From Chiloscyllium plagiosum (lineage: Eukaryota), in NCBI RefSeq assembly GCF_004010195.1, contig NC_057715.1, positions 98,660,623 through 98,724,622 on the forward strand: a stretch of 64,000 nucleotides of DNA, written 5' to 3'. Positions 37,330 to 49,686 of this stretch are shown piece after piece. A program made the translations under genes and the position numbers. The notes under the pieces are model-generated. The model saw only the letters and a list, made by a program, of their open reading frames with translations, ran no database searches and was not told where the DNA came from. Position 1 is the stretch's first letter. Every line of letters starts with the position of its first letter.

Positions 37330-38268
37330 CTGGCTTGTTGCGGCTGATGCATCATGGTGAAGGTGATGCTCCTCCTGCAGAACATTCTCGTCTTCCTCCT
37401 CAGAGGAATTCTGCTTTGCACATAGCTTCTCATCACCTTCCCTTTTGCTGGCTGCAGTTGACTAGTGCACAGCGATAGGGTTAAGGTTTGGATTATGGTC
37501 AGGGCATGGGTATAACCTAGGGTAAGGTTATGTGGCTCACCCTGTCTATAGAGTACTACAAGGTAACTCCAGATCAGTCCAAGTATGAGAACCTCAACTC
37601 AATTCAACTCAACCTCAACCTCTATCTTGTCTGTCCGACAGTGGCCCTGCTTGCAGCATTGTATCCGTGTTGGGATTCAGTCAAGTGTATGTGCAATGGA
37701 ATCATCAGTCATGAATGGAGAAGATTGCTTTTGTCCACAGCATTCATCCTTGTAAGGCACTCAGCCCTTGGAATAAAGCAGGAACCTCAGAATTATTAAG
37801 ACGATAGCCATCATGGCAACTTACAACTTGCTTGGCACAGATCTCTAAGGTTTGGTACCAATGGTCAGAAACAAGTTAGACAATGATTGAATGAAATCCT
37901 TTCCTATTAATGATCTTAATCATATTATGACATGGAGCTTTCAACACTTCATCTATACTGTCTATTGTGCCCTGCACCCTTAATGCTCCAGCAGATGACA
38001 CTATTACGTTATGATGTTCCCAGCTGTCCTCATTCAGTGGTGGCACTTGCATTGTTCATTTGGATGACATGACATTGAAGCATCCTACATTTTCTTTGCA
38101 TCCTAAGGGACCTTCTGTGGCAAATTCATCAACTGGAGGTTGGTTGGCGATCCCAGAGGTTGCTGCTGGTCATCCTGGTCTTGCAATGCATCTGTTCTCC
38201 CTCAATTCCTGTGGCTGTTTATAGGCACCGGCCACAATGTCAATAGCACCTGCCATGCCTGCATCCAT
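37330..38268 (-). pseudogene. Decayed PIF/Harbinger (HARBI1-like) DDE transposase
   Basis: Minus-strand translation RVQGTIDS...LKAP...INRKGFHSIIV*LVSDH...SCHD...RFSYLD*SGVTL*YSIDRVSHI...CALVN follows the Harbinger motif order GAIDCTH / NRKGFHS / GSCHD / RFRCLD / CCALHN. Confidence 0.85.
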
Positions 38269-38944
38269 TGGTTATGGTTCCAATCAGCTTATGTGGCAAA
38301 TATCAGAAACCAAGCAGCATGTTAGTAATGTGATCAGTCAGTAGTTGCAACACACAAAAATGATAACTTATATAGAAGCTTGATATGTTGGCACATGGTG
38401 TTTTCCAAGAAGGAGGATCACATTGGATGGAACCAGATGGACCTTTAATGTAATAGGCCTTATTCAGGAGGAATTTGTAGTTGTGGGAGGATCAATGACA
38501 CATTCTTCCCTGAACCCCAACACCAAAGTAACCCAAGAAAGGCAGCTTTGTGTTTAAGAGAAGTACATTCAGGAGGTGGTGGTTTTGTGGTCATGTCACT
38601 GGACTCTGTTCTGCAGACATGAGTTTGATTAGGTAGATGGTGAAATTTGAACTCAACAAAAATCACGAATGAAGAAAAATCTAGCCTAGGTAAGGATAGG
38701 TAAAGACCGAGTAAGGTCAGTCAATTTCCTCCCTGAAAGGCAGTGGTGAATCAGATGGGATGTTTTTTTGCTTATGTGGTTGCCATTAGGCCCATATTAC
38801 CAGAATATTAAACTGGGGTTCATTTCCACTACATCACCACCTCCCCACATACAGTGTGCTTTTCACTGAAGTTGCGGACACATGCTATAGATGTGATAAT
38901 GAGATAACATAATGCCATACAGCAACATGTCCTCCCTCTTGACT

Positions 38945-40190
38945 GATCACAGAATTTGTGTACAAGGAGGCCATTTGGCCCATCAGATTTGCACCAGTTC
39001 TCTGAACAGTTTAGCCTCATGCTAATCTCCTGCCTTTTTCCCAAGCCCTGTACATTATTTCTAGTTAAATAAACATCCAATGCCCTCTTAAATAATTCAG
39101 TTGAATCTGCCTCAACTATGCTGTTGGGCCGTGCATTACAGATCCTAAATGCTTGTTGCTTGAAAACATTTTTTTCTCCATATCATGTAGGAGCAGAAAT
39201 AAGCCATTTGGCTCATTGAGTCTACTCTGCCATTCAATTAGATTATGGCCAATCTAATAATCCTCAGCTTTCTGCCTTTTCCCTATAACCTTTGATTCCC
39301 TTCCTGATTAAAGTCTATTTATTTCAGCCTTGAACATACTTAACAACCCAATCTCTACAAGCCTTTGTAGTAAATAATTCTATGGATTCACTATCCTCTG
39401 AGAGAAGAAATTCCTTCTCATCTCTGTCTCAAATGGGCAAACCGTTCCTCTGCGATCATACTCTCTGGTCCTAGGCTCTCCTACAAGGAAAAACGTTCCC
39501 TCCATATATACTCTATCAAGCCCCCTAAGAATCTTGTATGTTACAATAAGGTCATTTCTCATTCATCTAAATTCCAATGAATACAGGCCCAACCTGCTCA
39601 ACCTCTCCTCATGAGACAGTCCCTCCATGTTTTACACATCAGCAAAGTGAACCTTGTCTGGACTGCCTTCAGTATGGGTATATATTAGACAAGGTGCCAC
39701 AACTGTTCTCAGCTCATGTTTACCTTTTCAGCAAAACACTTTAAAACTGTGTCCTCTAGTTTATGAGTGGGAATAGTTTCTACTAATCCATTGCTTCTTG
39801 AATGCTCATGGTTTCAAAATATTTCTATTAAATTTTTAAATTCAGTCCTGGGACAAGGCTGTCACTGGCTGTGCCAACATTTACTGCCTGTTTCAAATTG
39901 CTCTGGAGAAGTGGTAGAGAGCTGCTTCTTGAACTGTGTTGTGGGTACACCCACAATGATGTTGTTGGGGGTGGAGAGGGGGTGCAAATCTCTTCTTACT
40001 TTCTCTTTCCCAGGGAAAACAGTCCCAACCTCTCGATTATTTCCTTTTAACTGAAATGTCTCATCCCTGGTATGATTCTTTTACACCTCTTCTGTAATCT
40101 TTCCAATTCATCCATATCCTTCCTATAGTGTGGATACTCCAGCTGAGGTCTAATCATTGTATAGGTTCATCATAATGTTCCTGCTGCTAT
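38945..40190 (-). mobile_element. Nested CR1 3' fragments (inner copy at about 39185-39700)
   Basis: MRNDLIVTYKILRGLDRV...EMRRNFFSQR; two separate 3' tails. Confidence 0.75.
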
Positions 40191-41349
40191 TGATGAAGTC
40201 TGGAGTGCCAAGTACTGATCATTGCTGACAAACACAACAAGCTGCCTGGCTTTCCATCTGCAACAAAACACGTGGCAAGACAGAACCACAGTGCACCTGT
40301 AAGTTATGAATGAAGCAGCAATGCTCTAAAAATCAAGGAAAGGCAAGACAGGGATGCTGTGAGTATCCAGGTAAATGCAAATTGAGTCCTAAGAAGATAA
40401 TGTTGGTCAGGAGCTGCTCAGCAGCTTGTGAACTCAAGTTACCTGAGCCCCAGCCACTTTCAACTAGTTCAAATCAGGTCAGCTCAGAGGAAAACAAGGG
40501 AAGTAACATAAGGTAGAAGTCCTTATTTTGTGGGAGAGTAATGAGGTAACGTTAATGGTGTCCTTGGGCTGGAGATTATGATGAAAAGACACAGGCTTGC
40601 CAGATGAGCCAGAATCAACAAAAGTAAGACACCTCAGTTTGTGAAGATAAAAAGAAAGGATAAAAATGAAGGATTTTGGGTGTGCCAGCAACAAAAATGC
40701 CAGAGATCAACCTTCACCGAAGTGGAGGACCTTACGCCTGGAAGCACGGTGATTATATCAATGAACTGAGGGATCACCTGGCCAACGTGAGCTACTGTTT
40801 TCAAGTCTTTATTTTCGTTGACTGGTCAGGGAAGACCAGAGAAACCTATTGGTTGTGCACATAGATTTTAGTCTTGTATGAATTGCTTGCCTGCTTTTAA
40901 CCCTTTCTTAACCAAACTGTGTGAATTGTATTTCTATTTTAACTAACCAATGATTGTTCATTGATACAGACTTGACATTTTTCTTCTTTGTGCCGAACCA
41001 ATATTGTTGTTGAGGACGGAAATCAGGCAAAAGCAAGCTAAGAGCCCAGAGGTGCATCTTGTTCCGTTGCATGAGATGGATACCTGTTTCTGCACGTAAG
41101 GAGGCCTGTTAACAGCATTACAATGAAAGATGTTGATGAGGTCTGAAATGTGGTGCCGAAGTGTTGCATTGAAGTGTAATGCCAGTGAGTCTGAAAGGTG
41201 CCATTCTGATATGATGAGGCTGGTGCTTTGCCAATGTCAATCTCCTGGACGTGGTTGCTGCCCTGTTTTTTTAGTTTACCCTGAGAACTTGGGGAATGAT
41301 GGAAAAAAATGGAGATGTGGAAATGATGCTAGAGCCTATGGTTACTTGG

Positions 41350-41457
41350 TAACACAAAACAAAAACAGAAATTGCTGGAGCAACTCAGCAGGTCTGGTAG
41401 CACATGTGGAGAAAGAGAAGAGTTAATGTTTCAGGTCCAGTGACCCTTCTTCAGAAT
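41350..41457. mobile_element. Third-family Penelope-like terminal fragment with a hammerhead-like core on the - strand
   Basis: Reverse complement of 41424-41454 is CTGAAGAAGGGTCACTGGACCTGAAACATTA; related copies at about 14272-14400, 18779-18800 and 31255-31345. Confidence 0.6.
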
Positions 41458-41539
41458 CAGGTAACTGTTCTGCCTTTCATATTGGAAATTGACGTTGTCT
41501 TATTTCTCTCTAATAGGAATATAACAACCATTTTTTAAA

Positions 41540-42945
41540 ACAGAAGTGGGATTAGGCCACTCAACTCTTTGATCCTGATACACCATTCATAGAGTCATAC
41601 AGCGTGGAAACTTACATTTGGTCTAACTCATCTACGCCAACCAGATAGCCTAAAATGATCTAGTCCCATTTGCCAGCATTTAGCCCATATCCATATAAAC
41701 CCTTCTAATTCATGTATCCATCCAGACGCCGTTTAGACATTGTAATTGTACTTGCCGCTACCACCTTCTCTGGCATACATGTATCACCCTCTGTTAAAAA
41801 AGTTGCCACTCAGGTACCTTTTAAATATTTCCCCGCTCACCGTAAAATGATGTCCTCTAGTTTTGGATTTCCCTACCCTGAGAAAAGACTTTGACTATTC
41901 ACCCTATCCATGCCCCTCATGATTTGATAAACCTCTATTAACCTCACCCTTCAGCCTCTGACACTCTAGGGAAAACAGCCCCAGCCTATTCAGCCTGTCC
42001 CCATGGTTCAAACCATCCCAGCAATATCCTTGTAGATCTTTTCCAAACCATGTCAACTTTAACAACATTTTTCCTATAGCAGGAAGACCAGAATTGAATA
42101 CAGTATTCTAAAGGTCACCTCTCCAATGTCCTGTTCATGACATCCCAATTTCTATACTCAATGCACTGGCTAACGAAGGCAAGAGTACCAAATGCCTTCC
42201 TCACTACCCTGTCTACCTGTGACTCCACTCTCAAGGAATTATGCACCTGCTCTCCTGGGTCTCCCTGTTCAGCAACACTCCCCCAGGACCTTAACATTAA
42301 TTGGATAAATCCTGTCCTGGTTTGCCTTACCAAAATGCAATACTTCACATTTATCTAAATTAAACTCCATCTGCCACTCCTGGGCCCATTGGCCCATCTG
42401 ATCAAGATCATATTGTACTTTGAGATAATCTTCTTCACAGTCACATTCACTATGATCATCACTGATCATCCCACTCAATATCCTGTTCCTGCTTTTCCCC
42501 GTATTCTTTGATCCTTTTAGCCTCAAGTACTATATCCAACTCCTTCTTGAAAGCATGCAATATTTTAGCCTCGACTACTTTCCGTGGTAGTCAATTTCAC
42601 AAGCTCACCACTGTCATCTCAGTCCTAAATTGTTTTATTAGACTGCAATCCCGGTTCTAGACTCTTGGTCATTGAGAACATCATTTTCGCATCTAAGCTG
42701 TATGATCCTGTTAGCATTTCATTGGTTTCTATATTGCAATAAAAAATGTTGATTATCCTTCATTCTTTTGAACTCCAGCAAATATAATCCTAATTGATTC
42801 AACCTCTCCTTGTATGTTAGACCCGTTATCTCAGGAATTAGTATGGTAAGTCTTCACTGCATACCCTGTAGAACAAGTTCCTCAGATACAGAGTCCAAAA
42901 CTGCATATAATAATCCAGATGCAGTCTCACCAAAGCCCTGTATAA
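41540..42945 (-). mobile_element. Nested CR1 fragments (younger copy at about 41588-42450 inside an older copy)
   Basis: DLDQMGQWAQEWQMEFNLDKCEVLHFG and LYRALVRLHLDYYMQFW motifs. Confidence 0.8.
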
Positions 42946-44629
42946 CCGAGGTGTGAATGAGATGAGATTGGGTATTGTTGAGATATTAATGCATGCAAAT
43001 AGGCCCTTCACTGGTGAAATTCTCAAATATCTCTTGAAACCTTCAGGAGAAAATTGGACATTTTTTTCTTGATGTGGAATATCTCAGTATTTTCATTCAC
43101 ACTTATTATTTTATTCACCATTGCCTTTTTTGTGTAGAGGCCAAGAAAGTTTTACCTACATGACAGTTACAAGTGCTATCACATGAATTACATACAAAGG
43201 GAACTTGAAAGATAAGTGGATTTTAAATATGTATAAAAGTACAATATTGTGTCCACTAGTACAGGTGAAAAAAATGTGGATGGAACGATCAATCATTTCT
43301 TGAAATCTGCATCAATGTAAAGTTTGTATCAGCAGGACAAATTAAGTGCTGTCTCACATTTCAAATGCTTTTTATCTCAGGCTGTCTAAGGCCTCTCCAA
43401 CTTATTTGTGTAGCCAAATATGGAAATAAACAACTCTAGGTTTCAACCTTTAAATGTACATTACACATTAGAGACTGCATGTCATTGTATCGGGCTGAGT
43501 CTTATTTTGGCTAAGTATGAATTGCATCAAGTTTTTTGGAGGGCTTTTCACCATGAGTTGTAGCAAGATCTCTCATGAATCTTACAAAATCACATAGCTA
43601 TCCCACTCCTATAGTGCCCCTTTCTTCTGATTCCATCCACATCTTGCCATGTGCCATTCCTGGAACAACTTGCCTCTCAGCAGATATCTGCCAAAGGACT
43701 GGCTTTCCTGTTCCATCTTTGAAAGGCCACTGTGCACCCGGACAAGCATTGGCAATCAAGCATTGCCCCTAACCAGCAAAGTAATGGCACAATAGCCAGA
43801 AAACTACATTCCTCACAGCATAGAGTTGGCATGGCTGAAGTTCCCTTGCACATACAACATCAGTTTCTCATCTTCATTGCTGTTAAATTAAAAGGCCATG
43901 CAGATAACCTGTCTGTAGCTACATCCCATCTAATACCCACTCTAAATCACCACTACTCTGTCCCCAGTGCCTGCTCCTTGGTCTCAACACTAGCCTGCTG
44001 CTGCTTGGGCTTGTTGTCGGATCTCATTCTCCTGCAATCGCCTTTGTCTTCCTGGGAAAGCCGACACAGGAAGCAACATCCCTTCAGCGGCTGGGTGAAA
44101 GACTTTTGCTGGAAATGACCAATATTGGGGACTAAAGAATCAGAATATATATCTAGGTCACAGAGGAGTCAATGGTTATGTACCCTGCAGATGAGGGATG
44201 CACGCATTCCTCCATACAGTAAGACATGCTTCACCCTGACAACAAGAGCCATGTCTTCACCATTCATCAGCTTCAGCCTCAGTGTGTGCATCAACTTGAT
44301 GTGGGTGTCATTGCAGGCTGACGAACTAACAAATTACAATAAAGAGAGTGGCTGCTTTTCTCTGAACCCCTTCCCAATACAATTCTATATTAATATTTCA
44401 ATATTTCACTGAATTCAGAAAAGACTATTGTTAGACTTTCATGACAGATGGTGAAACAATGGTCTCTGGGTCCCACAGTGTGACAAGTTTCACAAGGTCA
44501 CCTTTAGCCAGCATTCACCTCTTTTTAAGTCAATGCTGCTAACTTCAGTATCATTCAGAATCCTGCACATTGCAAATAAACCTTGGGCATGATTGTAACT
44601 TATATGGAGCTGGAACTCGATGGACTCAT

Positions 44630-45000
44630 CGAGTCATAGAGTCAGACAACATAGAAACAGACCCTTCAGTCCAACCAGTGCATGCTGAGCATAATCTCAA
44701 ACTAAACTAGTCCCACCTGCCTGCTCCTGGCCATATCCCTCCAAACCTTTCCTACTCATGTAATTATCCAAATGTCTTTTAAAAGTTGTAATTGTACCCA
44801 CATTCATCATTTCCTCATGAAATTCATTCCACACATAAACCACCCTCTTTGGTAAAAGATTTGCCCCTCATGTTTTTTTTTTAAATCTCTCTCTTCTCAC
44901 CTTTAAAATGTTCCCTCTATTCTTGAAGTCTCCACATTCTAGGAAAAAGACAACTACCACTAACCCTATCTATACCCCTCATTATTTTCTAAACTTCTAT
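44630..45000 (-). mobile_element. CR1 3' end fragment
   Basis: Closely similar to 36085-36450. Confidence 0.85.
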
Positions 45001-48000
45001 ATGTATTTGCTTCTTCAATATCCTAGTGTCCTAGAATGTGGATCCTGCACTCATGTCCATCAGTGATGCTGTCTCCATCACCCTGAGCTGTGTCCCAGCC
45101 ATTTTCTAATTGCATTTCACTCTAGAAAATGGCAAGTAATGGCAGGGCCGAGTTCCACGTGGTCACCCAGGTATCCCTCCAGAGCCTCCAAACCATCTTT
45201 TACCTCGTTCTACCTGACAATCCGTTTTCACTAATCACCTCCCATTTGGAGACCCAGCACATTGAACTGCACCTCGAATTATCCTCCCTGTCCCTAAAGC
45301 TAATATAATACCTTAACGATGCCGACACTCCTTGACCTTCTCATTGTGGAGGCCTTAGTGGTGATGACTGCCAATAACACCCTCCTGAAGTTTGACCATG
45401 GTGGATACTAGGTGAGTTGACATGGATACGGGAGTGCAAAGAATGATGGTGGGCTTACGTGTCGATGTGCTGGCACTAAGTTTGCAAAGGGGCTACATGG
45501 GGATATATGGGGGAATTGTTTGTTATGGAGGTTGGTACAATGGCTTAGGGTGGCTTGGGAGTACAGGGGAACATTGGGTGTATATAGGAGCACAGGATGG
45601 TATGTAGTTTATAAGGATTGGGATTGGGTGGATGCAGATCACTAGTGACATGATGAGAATGAATGAGGAATTGGCAGTGTATGTCGGAGGGAGGAGATAC
45701 CAGAAATGAAGGTGGAGAGCTGTCTTTGGTTTCAATCGTTTTGTTTTACTCTCTTATTCAATGCCTGATCATACAGACATGCCTTCCACCCAGCCTGCAT
45801 CTATGTGCAGTCTTAGCTCTTGTTCCAAGGTCATCAATCCCACCTTCCAAGGAACTCTATCTCTCCAGAGCTAAGATCCATCTGCCTGGGTGAGGTTTTG
45901 AATTTGTGGAGCTGGGGAATGTCTTGTCTCTGCATTTCCACATCCATGAATGGAAATTGGGCCCAAATGTGTATTGTATATCCAGGTGACCAAACAAAAG
46001 GGGGTTAGGCAGTTTTCTGGGAATCATTTTTTAAAAATTCCTGATGGCCAGCAGAAATTCACTGAGCTAGATCACTGATGTTTTACCAGTGGATATCCAT
46101 CTTACTCAGCACATTAAGGTGTGCTTTGTACATTGATATTCCCTGAGAAGGAGCAGATTCATTTGATCAAATTATTTTATTTCATCCCATGTGCCTTTTA
46201 ATTCTCGTTTTATTATTCTTAAAAGAATCAATCCATATATGGTAATGAGAAAATGTGATACCACTGATTGGATTGGTTAAGTGCTAGATAGGACAATGAA
46301 GTCTCAAAGCCTTGAAATATTCTGTAATCCACAGGGCTTCAAGAAATGACATTGTAGACTTGAATGTTGAATATTTAGACTTGTAGGTCTGACACAATCC
46401 AATCCCACTGGCTATTTCTTTTTTATCTTCTGACTTAATCTTTCCATTCTAAAAAGTGACATTTCACATTAGTCCCTCTATTATTTGAATTATTTCCTTC
46501 CCTGTTTCATACATTGGGATCTTGCTCTCATTTCAATGTATATCAGAAATTTAATTCAACTGTGCCCTAGATTATTGAAAATTAATGAGGATTAAATTAA
46601 TTTGGTTCTAAAGAAATAAATATCCATTTGATTTCAGCAGGGTCTAATTAGCTCTGCTCCAACTAAAACAATGAAGCATTTTGCTTCAGTTTTGCACACC
46701 AGAGTGAGTTTTTTAGGTCATTGTTAGCTAGAAGAATCCTGTTATAAACTGAATAATGCAGGGTGCAAGAGGTGGAAGAAGTTATTGATTACCCAGTACT
46801 GTAACTGAAAAAAGATTTTCCACTTGCATTCATTTTAGCCACCTTTCATAATCACCAACATAGACATTTTGTATGCTTGACCTTCCAATCTGTCAGGCAA
46901 AGAAACAGGGGCAATGCTATTTAGCATTTCACATTAAGAAAAAGGGAAAATTAATTGGGATGGAATCTTCTATAAAGGGAGATCAGAAAATCAACAATTG
47001 TGGGCTTTGACAGATCATTTAATTATTAAATTGTGTAATTAATAGCACAGTTCATCAAATTTAAGAATTTAATGAATGGTACTTTTGTCATTTTAATAAT
47101 GTGCTTTTGAATGGAACATTAGTATTGTCAAAGAGAGTGTCAGTCTTGCTAAAAAATGAAAATTCTTTTAAGAAGAATTTGGAAGCTGCCAGTATATTCA
47201 ACAAGGGCTCTGATCATTTACAAAATTATACAGCTTGTCAGGAAATGCTGCACAGTGACTCAATACATGATGAAACGTTAATCTGAGTGAATGTAGTTAC
47301 TAAAGGGAAAAATAATGATAATCTTTTAAGGTTTTATTTATATTTAATTCAAACTACTTGACATATAACAAATTGTATGGTTTTTTACTTATTTATGTGA
47401 CAAGAGTTGAAACTACAATATATGAGGGAATCTGTGAGGGAATTTTATTTTTGCAAGATTCTTATGGATATGGAGATTTTCTAAATCATCTTGATCCACC
47501 TTCCAAAACAGCCAAACAACATTCTGCCTCCAGCTATTATTACATTATTCTGGAGTTTTGTTTATCTAGAAACCAAATTCAAGTTTCTCCATGAAGAAGT
47601 TTCAAAGTTATTCTGCACTGGTTTAAATTTATGTGCCACTCTCCAAACCCATCATTTAATCAAAAGATACAAATATCAAGGTATAATCTAACGAAAATGT
47701 CTTACAATTTGATCATGTCTTCCTGTGCCATGTTATGTGGTGTGTTTATGGCAGCACTGATATTACTAGCTTTATGGTGCCCTATATCAGCAAGGCGTAG
47801 TGCATATTCATCTTACTAGGAATCATAGTTCTCTTTCAATATAATTTTTGACAATTTAACACAATTACAGATATTGCCCATTAATCATTCCTGTTAAATT
47901 TGTATGCATTAAATGTTATCAAAAAGAATTAATGGAAGAAACATGGACGTATATATTTAATAGAGCTTGCTATTGATTGGAGAATGATGCTACCTGAAAA

Positions 48001-48149
48001 CTTTCTTAATGAGATAATTCGTTTTGTCTGCAATACAGTATAGTGGTTATTATTGTCTGAAATTGGATCAGCGATTGAAAAATCTAATTTACTGACTTGG
48101 AATGATGGATAATGTTGCTGTATCCTATCATTTGCCCCACAGCGTCTCA

Positions 48150-48500
48150 AGCTACTTTGAGGGAAGGACGCGGCGACGTCTGGGAGTTGTAGTTTAATAG
48201 AGGCTGGGCCCGATCGAAGTATAAAGAGCGTGACTACAACTCCCATGATCCTTTACCGCGGGCCAGCGAGGCGCGTGCGTATTGAGTGGAATAGGTGGGC
48301 GTTGAGCGGGATGGTTACTGCATCCGCCGCTGGTACTGGTCTATGTTTGTCGCCGGCGTGAAGGGGGCAGGGAGGGAAGAGAAGACAGCCCCAGGTAAGC
48401 GGTGATGTTATTGGCAAGGATTAGAATTCGCGTTTACTTTGACGGGAACGGGAACGGGAACGGGAACGGGCACGGGCTCGGGCTCGGGCGTGCGTTTAAT
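48150..48500. promoter_or_regulatory. CpG-island promoter of an unidentified gene; probable + strand first exon ending at 48394
   Basis: CpG-rich; inverted ACTACAACTCCCA motifs at 48181-48193 (-) and 48233-48245 (+); GCGCGTGCG NRF1-like site near 48271; strong donor CAG|GTAAGC at 48394/48395. Confidence 0.8.
48442..48490 (+). repeat. Hexamer microsatellite (ACGGGA)n grading into (TCGGGC)n
   Basis: acgggaacgggaacgggaacgggaacgggcacgggctcgggctcgggc read directly. Confidence 0.9.
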
Positions 48501-49686
48501 ACTGGTCCCTGGAAAATCCGTTTGATGAAGGGATGAGCTCCTTCACCCTCCACCCGCTCAGTTGCTAGCCGCAGGAGGAAAGCATTAGGCCTCTGCTGAT
48601 GGGAGGAAACCTGTCAACTGGAGCAGCAGAACCATTTGTTGCAAAAGTGGTGCAATCATGAGTTGCAGTTCATGAACAGCGCAGAAACGGATTCTCGTCT
48701 TTTTATTTGGAAGAGGTTGAGGGAGGCGGCGTTCACTTGCTGTTAATTTAAAACCAGCTGAGACCACTCATTGCTGTTTCCACACTAATGCTACATACCT
48801 CCTAATTAATTCTCTTCCTCTGTCTCAATTTGAAGCAGTTTACGTACTTGCGTGCAGCAGGCACCTTTCTACTGTACAGAAGGACTTTCATTTATATAGA
48901 GCCCTTTTTTAACCTCAACATCCCAAAGTGCTTCACAACCAATTAAGTAACTTTGCAAGTGTCAACACTGTTGCAGTGTAGGATATGAATGAAGCTAAAA
49001 TATATAGTAAGCTTTCACTAACATAAATTGAATACATAAACGTTGGTTTATAAAATGAGAGAAATGCAGAAGCAGCCTTTCAGCTCATCTTGTTTGTGCT
49101 GGTTCTCTGAATGAGCCTCTCATTAAGTGATATCAACACTCTTGCAATCATTAGGGCAACTTATGAGAATTCCAGCTCAAGGAGAAACCAACATGCATTA
49201 TTGCACGAGAAGCAAGTGCTGATTGGCAAGTGGATTCATTGGTAGAGGTGTTGTCATTGTTTAAATTTTAAACTAGGCAGCTTGACTCTGATTGTGGCAT
49301 TATCCTGAGAAGTAAACTAACAAATGAGTTGAAATAGTGTGGTGTGCGTATTCTAGCATTTAAATATCAATCATTATTAGTATATTCTTCATGGCAATGC
49401 ATTTGCCAAGCAATCAACACTCTCCCCTCATGCTCTGTAAATGTTCATTTTCCCCTTGACTTGATGTTGCAAATTGCTTTGGTGAGTGATCGTGCCTTGA
49501 AAGACATCAGGCCTAAGTTCTAGATTTACCTGTTATGCCCCTGTAACTGGTATTCTTTCTTTAAGATGTTCCTCAAAACTACTATCCAGTCATCCGATCC
49601 AATATCTTATGAGGCTTGATGTTTGTTTTGTTTATGATCTTCCTGTGAAGCATCTTGGGAGTTTTATGTTAAAAGCTTTAGAAATA

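Noticed and set aside
37330-38268. Functional host HARBI1 gene
   Set aside because: Multiple stops, deletions and insertions, and an altered catalytic-motif context, indicate a dead transposon copy.
48290-48394. Naming the downstream gene (for example INPP4A) from synteny
   Set aside because: No coding evidence in the window, and the orientation differs from the human arrangement.
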